From NCBI GenBank assembly GCA_937907055.1, contig CALCTW010000059.1, positions 1-12,359 on the forward strand: DNA of 12,359 nt, read 5' to 3'. This DNA comes from an uncultured Clostridia bacterium. GTDB lineage: Bacteria; Bacillota; Clostridia; Christensenellales; Aristaeellaceae. The notes under the pieces are model-generated. The model did no database searches and had not been told where the DNA came from. It saw only the letters and a list, made by a program, of their open reading frames with translations. Below are positions 7,602 through 12,359 of the stretch, piece after piece (position 1 is the first letter of the stretch; each line of letters starts with the position of its first letter). The position numbers and the translations under genes are program-made.

Positions 7602-7630
7602 ATTCTATGATAGATCCGGGAGCGTGTAAA
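7602..7630 (-). promoter_or_regulatory. Candidate promoter for the GNAT gene
   Basis: On the minus strand: TTTACA (7630-7625), a 17-nt spacer, then TAGAAT (7607-7602). This implies a 5' UTR of about 100 nt. Confidence 0.45.
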
Positions 7631-7711
7631 GCGAAAATACCGGTGAAAGCGGCGGAAAAACGGGCATTTACGCGCTGCCCGCGCGAAATGAGGCGGAAAT
7701 CACGATAAATC

Positions 7712-7740
7712 TTGATTAATGATGAAAGTTCCTTTATAAT
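7712..7740 (+). promoter_or_regulatory. Promoter of the stand-alone tRNA(CUA) gene
   Basis: TTGATT (7712-7717), a 17-nt spacer, then TATAAT (7735-7740). This predicts a leader of about 50 nt before the mature tRNA 5' end. Confidence 0.65.
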
Positions 7741-7797
7741 AAATATGGAAATGACGGAAAAGGGCGATGTTCGCTCTTCTTTCATCGTTTCAGCTGC

Positions 7798-7873
7798 CGC
7801 CCCATCCTCTAGCGGTCCAGGAGAGAGGTCTCTAAAACCTTGAACATCGGTTCGAATCCGATTGGGGTGACCA
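7798..7873 (+). tRNA. tRNA with anticodon CUA (amber/UAG-reading, suppressor-type) and a tRNA-Glu/Gln-like body
   Basis: Hand-folded cloverleaf: acceptor CGCCCCA/TGGGGTG (7 bp, one G-U), U8, and D-stem CTCT/GGAG. The D-loop is AGCGGTCCA (A14, G18G19, A21). The anticodon stem is GAGGT/ACCTT and the loop is C-T-CTA-A-A (U33, anticodon 7832-7834, A37). The variable loop is 4 nt (GAAC). The T-arm is ATCGG-TTCGAAT-CCGAT, with discriminator A and an encoded CCA. Total length is 76 nt, with its own promoter and terminator. Confidence 0.85.
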
Positions 7874-7879
7874 ACCCGG

Positions 7880-7906
7880 CCCTCTGACATCTGTCAGGGG
7901 GCTTTT
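7880..7906 (+). terminator. Rho-independent terminator after tRNA(CUA)
   Basis: CCCTCTGAC, loop ATCT, GTCAGGGGG (9 bp including one G-U), then CTTTT. It starts 7 nt after the tRNA CCA. Confidence 0.75.
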
Positions 7907-7965
7907 GATATGGGATGAGGCCGGACGGAGTGGAACGGCAGCGCTGTACTTTGGCGGAATTGTGA

Positions 7966-7994
7966 TTGAGAATTGGCAGGGAGTATGCTATACT
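7966..7994 (+). promoter_or_regulatory. Candidate promoter for the GH43 gene
   Basis: TTGAGA (7966-7971), a 17-nt spacer, then TATACT (7989-7994), about 50 nt upstream of the start codon. Confidence 0.35.
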
Positions 7995-8047
7995 GTATGC
8001 GAATCGGACAACTGAACCCGGAATGATAAGCATAGGAGGATAATACA

Positions 8048-9478
8048 ATGAAACCGTTTATTCATGGCGCAAACCCTTATATGCCGCTTTGGGAGCATGT
8101 GCCGGACGGCGAACCGCGTGTGTTTGAACACAATGGCGAAAAGCGTGTGTATGTTTATGGATCGCACGATATCGCGAAGACACGTTATTGCGGAGATAAC
8201 TATGTGGTGTGGTCTGCTCCGGTGACAGATCTGACCAGCTGGACCTATCACGGTGTTGCTTATGAGGCGCATTATGATTCCATGCTGTTTGCCCCGGATG
8301 TGGTGAAAAAGGGAGACACCTATTATATGTACGCCGCCGAAAACTGCGGCAGCCTGATCGTTGTTGCCTCTTCAAAAACACCCTGGGGACCTTTTGAAAA
8401 CCCCGTGGAAACCAGACTGGGCTTCGACCCCGGTGTGCTGGTGGATGACGACGGCCGGGCCTACGCGTACTGGGGCGGCTGCGCCGCGCCCTGCTACATC
8501 GCCGAGCTGGAAGAGGATATGGCGACCATCAAGGAGGAAACGCTCGTCAGCAATCCGATGGGTCACTCCACCTGCCCGTGGGATCCGAAGGATGACGGTC
8601 ACATCGATCTGCTGGATGGTTTCTTTGAGGCCTCCAGCCCGCGCAAGGTGATGGGCAAGTATGTGTATATTTTCTCCAGACGTTATGAAAAGCCCATCCC
8701 GGAACTGGGTGTGTACGGGCCGTGCAACGGCTTCCTTTCCTACAAGTTTTCCGATACGCCCTTCGGCCCCTTCCGTGACGGCGGCGATATCAGTTTTAAC
8801 GGCGGCGAGATCCTCCGGATGGCGGACGGCACCGGTACCATGACCTATCGTTGGGGCAACAATCACGGCTCGATCATGGAGGTCAACGGCCAGTGGTATG
8901 TGTTCTATCATCGTCATACCGGTGATACCGAATACTCCCGCCAGGCGATGCTGGAGCCTGTGGATGTCGCCATGGGTCAGGACGGCCGTCTGTATATCGG
9001 CGATATCAGGTATATTGCCGGGGAGCCTGTTTCCTCCGGCGTGGTGGAGATGACCTCGCAGGGCGCGCATATCAACGGTCTTGACGCTTACAAATGGATC
9101 TCGGCCGGTTATGCCTGCCATCTTTACGGCAGCAGGCTTCATGCTTATGTGCAGCCGGTCTATGAGCAGGATGATGATATCTCCAGCCCGATCGTCAATA
9201 TCACCGGCGGAACGACTGTCGGATTCCGCTATCTTCAGTTCGGCGCGAACAGACCGATGACTGTTACCGCGGTGCTGGGGGAGGCTGTGAACTGTAGGGT
9301 GAATGTGCGAATCGACAGCTTCAATGGCCGTATCGTTTCCACCCTGATTTGCAGTGAAAACAGCGCGGAGACGACGGCTCCCGTCAATGCCAGTGTGATC
9401 GGCAAGCACGCAGTCTACTTTGAGTTTGTGTGCGAAGAAGGTCAGAGCGTGATTTTTGACCGGTTCACATTTGACTGA
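8048..9478 (+). CDS. Glycoside hydrolase family 43 protein (beta-xylosidase/alpha-L-arabinofuranosidase-type) with a C-terminal beta-sandwich (CBM-like) domain
   Basis: 476 aa. The N-terminus NPYMPLWEHVPDGEPRVFE...RVYVYGSHD is typical of GH43 five-bladed propeller enzymes, as are FAPDVVKKGDTYYMY and DPGVLVDDDGRAYAYWG. The C-terminal ~130 aa (GFRYLQFG...FDRFTF) looks like a galactose-binding-like module. AGGAGGA lies upstream. Stop is TGA. Confidence 0.8.
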   Translation: MKPFIHGANPYMPLWEHVPDGEPRVFEHNGEKRVYVYGSHDIAKTRYCGDNYVVWSAPVTDLTSWTYHGVAYEAHYDSMLFAPDVVKKGDTYYMYAAENCGSLIVVASSKTPWGPFENPVETRLGFDPGVLVDDDGRAYAYWGGCAAPCYIAELEEDMATIKEETLVSNPMGHSTCPWDPKDDGHIDLLDGFFEASSPRKVMGKYVYIFSRRYEKPIPELGVYGPCNGFLSYKFSDTPFGPFRDGGDISFNGGEILRMADGTGTMTYRWGNNHGSIMEVNGQWYVFYHRHTGDTEYSRQAMLEPVDVAMGQDGRLYIGDIRYIAGEPVSSGVVEMTSQGAHINGLDAYKWISAGYACHLYGSRLHAYVQPVYEQDDDISSPIVNITGGTTVGFRYLQFGANRPMTVTAVLGEAVNCRVNVRIDSFNGRIVSTLICSENSAETTAPVNASVIGKHAVYFEFVCEEGQSVIFDRFTFD

Positions 9479-9638
9479 TCCGTAAGGAGAAAATCCGGTG
9501 CTGGATTCATTGGAAGGTTTTGCGATCAAAAAGAAGAAAAAACAGTGAGCACGGAAGCATTCAGCCGCCTTTGGACCGTATATTCTGAGCTGTTCTCGCA
9601 GAGAGTGCAAAGAAATTAAAATTTATTTTTAAAAACAC

Positions 9639-9667
9639 TTGCATTTCTCTTTAAGGTGTGGTATATT
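9639..9667 (+). promoter_or_regulatory. Promoter of tRNA-Arg with an extended -10 and an A/T-rich UP-like element
   Basis: TTGCAT (9639-9644), a 17-nt spacer ending TGG, then TATATT (9662-9667). It is preceded by an A/T-rich tract (aaagaaattaaaatttatttttaaaaa, about 9609-9635). Confidence 0.65.
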
Positions 9668-9695
9668 GATTGAGCTGTCCGAGAGAACAGCGTAT

Positions 9696-9772
9696 GCGCC
9701 CTTAGCTCAGCTGGATAGAGTGTTTGACTACGAATCAAAAGGTCGAGGGTTCGAATCCCCCAGGGCGCGCCA
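9696..9772 (+). tRNA. tRNA-Arg (anticodon ACG)
   Basis: Acceptor GCGCCCT/AGGGCGC, D-arm GCTC-AGCTGGATA-GAGT, and anticodon arm TTTGA-CTACGAA-TCAAA (anticodon ACG). The variable loop is AGGTC. The T-arm is GAGGG-TTCGAAT-CCCCC, with one A-C mismatch at 50:64. Discriminator is G and CCA is encoded. It closely resembles bacterial tRNA-Arg(ACG). Confidence 0.9.
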
Positions 9773-9773
9773 T

Positions 9774-9806
9774 GAAGAAGGAGTAGATTCGGCTCCTTCT
9801 TTTTTT
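9774..9806 (+). terminator. Rho-independent terminator after tRNA-Arg
   Basis: GAAGAAGGAG, a 9-nt loop, CTCCTTCTTT, then a T-run to 9806. It begins 2 nt after the CCA. Confidence 0.8.
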
Positions 9807-9877
9807 GTATTTCAGGATATGTATAAGCACGGATCACGGAAAACCGCATGATACCAGGGTGTGTTTATGATGCTTTC

Positions 9878-9902
9878 AAATATGAGAATTGTTATCAATT
9901 TC
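9878..9902 (+). promoter_or_regulatory. Fur-family (Zur-like) operator box 1, distal
   Basis: AAATATGAGAATTGTTATCAATTTC contains the imperfect inverted repeat GAGAA-ttg-TTATC flanked by AAAT/ATTT. It matches box 2 at 20 of 25 positions. Confidence 0.55.
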
Positions 9903-9905
9903 GTC

Positions 9906-9934
9906 TTGACACAGTGGTGATTCAATATTAAAAT
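9906..9934 (+). promoter_or_regulatory. Promoter of the zur-znu operon
   Basis: TTGACA (9906-9911), a 17-nt spacer, then TAAAAT (9929-9934). The -10 is overlapped by operator box 2. Confidence 0.65.
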
Positions 9935-9953
9935 GAGAATCGTTCTCGATTTC
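9929..9953 (+). promoter_or_regulatory. Fur-family (Zur-like) operator box 2, overlapping the -10 and the transcription start
   Basis: TAAAATGAGAATCGTTCTCGATTTC contains the inverted repeat GAGAA-tcg-TTCTC (perfect 5-3-5) with AAA/TTT flanks. Its position over the -10/+1 is the classic arrangement for autorepression. Confidence 0.6.
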
Positions 9954-9969
9954 AGGCAAGGAGTACACC

Positions 9970-10377
9970 ATGAGAGAGACCTACCGCACCCGTCAGTGGG
10001 AGGAACTGCGCCTCATCCTGGAGCAAACACCGGGCATGCATTACACCGCCGCGCAGATCCATGAACGGATGGCACAGCAAGGACAGAAGATCGGCCTGGC
10101 GACGATCTACCGTCATCTGGATCGAATGGTGGCCGATGGTGTGGTGCGGAGGTACCAGTTGGAAACCGGTGACGGGGCATGTTATGAATACGTAGGACAG
10201 CATGTGGAATGCAGCACACACTTCCACTGCAAGTGTGAGCAGTGCGGCAGACTGATCCATCTGGATTGTGATGAACTGCATGGCATTCAGGAGCATATCC
10301 GGGAGCATCACGGCTTCACCTGTAATACGGGAAAAACAGTTTTTTACGGGATCTGCGATCAGTGCCGACAGGCCTGA
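9970..10377 (+). CDS. zur: Fur family transcriptional repressor, most likely the zinc uptake regulator Zur
   Basis: 135 aa. It has a winged-helix N-terminus (GLATIYRHLDRMVADGVV), a His-rich regulatory-site region (HFHCKCEQCGRLIHLDCDELHGIQEHIREHH), and two CxxC pairs (CEQC, CDQC) for the structural Zn site. It is the first gene of a znuA/znuC-containing operon, preceded by palindromic boxes. The Zur versus Fur/PerR assignment is by context only. AAGGAG lies 7 nt upstream. Confidence 0.75.
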   Translation: MRETYRTRQWEELRLILEQTPGMHYTAAQIHERMAQQGQKIGLATIYRHLDRMVADGVVRRYQLETGDGACYEYVGQHVECSTHFHCKCEQCGRLIHLDCDELHGIQEHIREHHGFTCNTGKTVFYGICDQCRQA

Positions 10378-10420
10378 CGAATCCATAAAGTATTTATAAA
10401 CAGAAAGGAGGAAACGGACG

Positions 10421-10720
10421 ATGCGGAACAAAAAGCGTGTATTGGCATTGCTCATGTGCGTTGGATTTGCGCTGACTCTGTTCGTTTCTTCCGCCTACAT
10501 CGTGTCAAATGCCGGCCATGACTGTATCGGTCACGGCTGCGACGTCTGCGAGCATATGGCAGAAGCCTGCGCGTTGCTGCAAAGCTTTGCGGTGCTTTGC
10601 GTGCTTGTGATGCTGCTGTTTATGGTCGATCTGATTCGCATGCTTTTTTCAGCTGCCGATGGGATCTGTCTGCCCGCGCAGGGGACACTTGTGGGATTGA
10701 AAGTCCGGCTTAACAATTAA
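10421..10720 (+). CDS. Small predicted two-TM membrane protein with an extracytoplasmic Cys/His cluster; function unknown
   Basis: 99 aa. GGAGG lies 9 nt upstream of the ATG. The N-terminus is positively charged (MRNKKR), followed by TM1 (VLALLMCVGFALTLFVSSAYIV). The loop is SNAGHDCIGHGCDVCEHMAEAC, followed by TM2 (FAVLCVLVMLLFMVDLIRMLF) and a short basic tail. The gene sits between zur and the znuA-like gene. Stop is TAA. Confidence 0.65.
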   Translation: MRNKKRVLALLMCVGFALTLFVSSAYIVSNAGHDCIGHGCDVCEHMAEACALLQSFAVLCVLVMLLFMVDLIRMLFSAADGICLPAQGTLVGLKVRLNN

Positions 10721-10862
10721 CTGAATATCATAACAGGGTTTTTTCAGCATACCTATACGGATGTTTTTGCCGTTCGGCAGGAGCGGCGTTTCGTATTATG
10801 CAGGAGAAGCCTTGTTTTTTTGCACCTGTATTCAGATAAACAATTGAGATTTGGAGGAAATG

Positions 10863-11822
10863 ATGATGAAAAAGTTCTTTGCCATTATGATGGCGCTGAT
10901 TATGATGATGACCATGCTGATGGGTGTTACCGCTGCCGCGCAGAGCAAAAAGATCAGCGTGGTGACGACTGTTTTTCCCATTTATGACTGGGTGCGTGAG
11001 GTCGTGGGCGACAACGCAAATGTCGAAATGACGCTGCTGCTGGACAAGGGCGTTGACCTGCACAGCTTCCAGCCCACCGCGCAGGACATCATGAAGGTCG
11101 CCACGGCGGATGTGTTTATCTATGTGGGCGGTGAGTCTGACGAGTGGGTTGAGGACGCGCTGACCGAGGCTGTGAATACGAATATGAAGGTTATCAGCCT
11201 GCTGGAGGCTCTGGGTGATGCCGTGAAGGAAGAAGAACTTGTAGAGGGTATGGAAGGCGAAGAAGAGGAAGAAGCCGGGGAAGAGGAGGAAGCAGAATAC
11301 GACGAGCATGTCTGGCTCTCGCTGCGTAACGCTCAGGCGTTGACACAGGCTATCGCCGACACGCTGGCCGAGGCCGATCCCGACAATGCCGCTGCCTATC
11401 AGGCCAACGCCGCCGCTTACATCGAGAAGCTGGCTGCGCTGGACGCTCAGTACGCCGACATGGTTGCCCGGGCCGAGTACAAGACTGTGCTGTTCGGCGA
11501 CCGTTTTCCCTTCCGCTATCTGGTGGATGACTATGATCTGACCTACTATGCTGCCTTTGCGGGCTGCTCTGCCGAGACCGAGGCCAGCTTTGAGACCATC
11601 GTGTTCCTGGCCCAGAAGGTGGACGAGCTGAGCCTGTCCGCCGTGCTGACCATCGAGGGCATCAATCACCGCATTGCGGAGACCATCGTCGGCGCTACCG
11701 CTGCCAAGGATCAGAAGATCCTGACCGTGGACTCCCTGCAGGGCAAGCCTGCGAACGACGCGACTTATCTGTCCGTGATGGAAGCCAACCTGTCTGTTCT
11801 GCGTGATGCGCTGAATAAGTAA
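10863..11822 (+). CDS. Cluster A-I (ZnuA-like) metal ABC transporter substrate-binding protein with a poly-Glu acidic loop
   Basis: Signal peptide is MKKFFAIMMALIMMMTMLMGVTAAAQS, with no Cys. Conserved contexts are VDLHSFQP, DEHVWLSLRNA and TVDSL. The acidic insert is EEELVEGMEGEEEEEAGEEEEAEYDEH. Three consecutive ATGs (10860, 10863, 10866) follow GGAGG (10853-10857). The ORF-track TTG at 10851 overlaps the SD and is unlikely. Stop is TAA. Confidence 0.8.
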   Translation: MMKKFFAIMMALIMMMTMLMGVTAAAQSKKISVVTTVFPIYDWVREVVGDNANVEMTLLLDKGVDLHSFQPTAQDIMKVATADVFIYVGGESDEWVEDALTEAVNTNMKVISLLEALGDAVKEEELVEGMEGEEEEEAGEEEEAEYDEHVWLSLRNAQALTQAIADTLAEADPDNAAAYQANAAAYIEKLAALDAQYADMVARAEYKTVLFGDRFPFRYLVDDYDLTYYAAFAGCSAETEASFETIVFLAQKVDELSLSAVLTIEGINHRIAETIVGATAAKDQKILTVDSLQGKPANDATYLSVMEANLSVLRDALNK

Positions 11823-11830
11823 ACATAAAG

Positions 11831-11860
11831 CCCGGAGCAGGCAATCCTGTCTGCTCCGGG
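11831..11860 (+). promoter_or_regulatory. Intercistronic stem-loop between the SBP and ATPase genes
   Basis: CCCGGAGCAG, a 10-nt loop, CTGCTCCGGG (perfect 10 bp). No U-tract follows (GGATCATC). AGGAGG for the next gene lies 12 nt downstream. Confidence 0.6.
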
Positions 11861-11882
11861 GGATCATCAAAGGAGGATCATA

Positions 11883-12359
11883 ATGCCCCAACTGCTATGT
11901 GAGAATGTCACGCTCGGCTATGAGGGCCATGCCGTACACGAGGGTTTGAACTTTTCGGTGAGTGCCGGGGATTACCTGTGCATCGTCGGCGAAAACGGCT
12001 CCGGTAAGTCTACGCTGATGAAGACCATTCTTGGACTTTTGAAGCCCCTCAAGGGTGAGATCAGATACGGCAATGGAATGAAGGCAGGCGCCATCGGCTA
12101 TCTGCCCCAGCAGACCGTGGTGCAAAAGGATTTCCCCGCGACCGTGTGGGAGATCGTGCTGTCCGGCTGTCAGGCCCGGTGCGGTAAGCGTCCATTTTAC
12201 AGCAAAACTGATAAGGAACTGGCGCGCGCCAATATTGAGCGTATGGGTATTGGTCATCTGGTCAAACGCTGTTACAGGGAACTTTCCGGCGGTCAGCAGC
12301 AGCGTGTTCTGCTGGCCCGTGCGCTGTGCGCTGCCCGGAACATCCTGTTGCTGGATTAA
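11883..12359 (+). CDS. ZnuC-like metal ABC transporter ATP-binding protein, truncated at Walker B by a stop at the window edge
   Basis: Walker A is GENGSGKST, the Q-loop region is YLPQQ, the ABC signature is LSGGQQQRV, and Walker B is ILLLD. Walker B is followed directly by TAA (12357-12359), where DEP is expected. AGGAGG lies upstream of the ATG. Only about 158 aa are present, against roughly 230-250 aa expected for this family. Confidence 0.75.
   Translation: MPQLLCENVTLGYEGHAVHEGLNFSVSAGDYLCIVGENGSGKSTLMKTILGLLKPLKGEIRYGNGMKAGAIGYLPQQTVVQKDFPATVWEIVLSGCQARCGKRPFYSKTDKELARANIERMGIGHLVKRCYRELSGGQQQRVLLARALCAARNILLLD

Noticed and set aside
7745-7843. 32-codon plus-strand ORF starting at an ATG just after the tRNA promoter -10 and reading through the tRNA into its anticodon arm.
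   Set aside because: There is no Shine-Dalgarno sequence and the ATG sits at or before the predicted transcription start. The sequence is better explained as the tRNA 5' leader plus the mature tRNA.
7798-7873. Possibility that the CUA tRNA is tRNA-Pyl (pylT) or tRNA-Sec.
   Set aside because: tRNA-Pyl has a shrunken D-loop lacking G18G19, a 6-bp anticodon stem, a 3-nt variable loop and an atypical T-loop. This tRNA has a standard D-loop with GG, a 5-bp anticodon stem and GGTTCGAATCC. No pylS/pylBCD genes are in the window. tRNA-Sec needs a UCA anticodon, a long variable arm and an 8/5 acceptor/T geometry, none of which is present.
7600-7890. 96-aa minus-strand ORF, and 7809-8048 (79 aa), spanning the tRNA(CUA) locus.
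   Set aside because: They overlap a well-folded tRNA gene plus its promoter and terminator. There is no SD sequence, and the translations show no protein-like features.
7966-7975. TTGAGAATTG upstream of GH43, and GATAAACAATTGAGA at about 10834-10848 upstream of the second znuA-like gene, resembling half of the Zur-like box.
   Set aside because: Only a half-site (about 9 nt) matches, and the partner half of the palindrome is missing. This is too short to separate from chance without a genome-derived matrix.
7798-9772. GH43 gene bracketed by two tRNA genes as a possible integrated island.
   Set aside because: No integrase or recombinase is present. Apart from the generic GGTTCGAATCC T-loop, no duplicated tRNA 3' segment (att-like direct repeat) is visible. 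By eye, GH43 composition matches its neighbours.
10801-10821. CAGG-agaagc-CTTG followed by T7, as a possible terminator between the small membrane protein gene and the znuA-like gene.
   Set aside because: The stem is only 4 bp with a G-U pair, too weak to call. The T-run may simply be part of an A/T-rich promoter region.
1-12359. Scan for CRISPR arrays, IS elements or transposases, toxin-antitoxin pairs, restriction or other defence genes, and rRNA.
   Set aside because: No repeat-spacer periodicity, terminal inverted repeats flanking an ORF, or recognisable transposase, integrase or defence-domain motifs were found in any of the six frames.

Overview
This window reads as chromosomal DNA from a GC-rich Firmicutes/Clostridia-type bacterium. 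That assignment is an inference from GGAGG Shine-Dalgarno sites, a T-box leader, TTGACA/TATAAT-type promoters and tRNA genes that encode CCA. Positions 1-7500 hold minus-strand genes: a His-rich ZnuA-like metal-binding protein overlapping (ATGA) a Ste24-like M48 Zn-metalloprotease, then T-box-controlled thrS, an SGNH/GDSL esterase, an M18 aminopeptidase and a GNAT acetyltransferase. Positions 7700-12359 hold plus-strand genes: a stand-alone tRNA with anticodon CUA, a GH43 glycoside hydrolase, a stand-alone tRNA-Arg(ACG), and a zinc-uptake operon. That operon is a Fur-family (Zur-like) repressor with two near-identical operator boxes, a small Cys/His-rich membrane protein, a second ZnuA-like protein with a poly-Glu loop, and a ZnuC-like ATPase. 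The ATPase ORF stops at its Walker B motif exactly at the window edge. I saw no transposase, integrase, CRISPR array or rRNA. The most unusual element is the tRNA at 7798-7873. It is a canonical 76-nt cloverleaf whose anticodon is CUA (amber-reading), with a tRNA-Glu/Gln-like core and its own promoter and terminator. None of the 11 CDS in the window ends in TAG. The second lead is the uncharacterised two-TM protein with an H-x-C-x2-H-x-C-x2-C-x-H motif inside the zur-znu operon. All calls are made by eye from the sequence and ORF track. No searches or folding programs were run.
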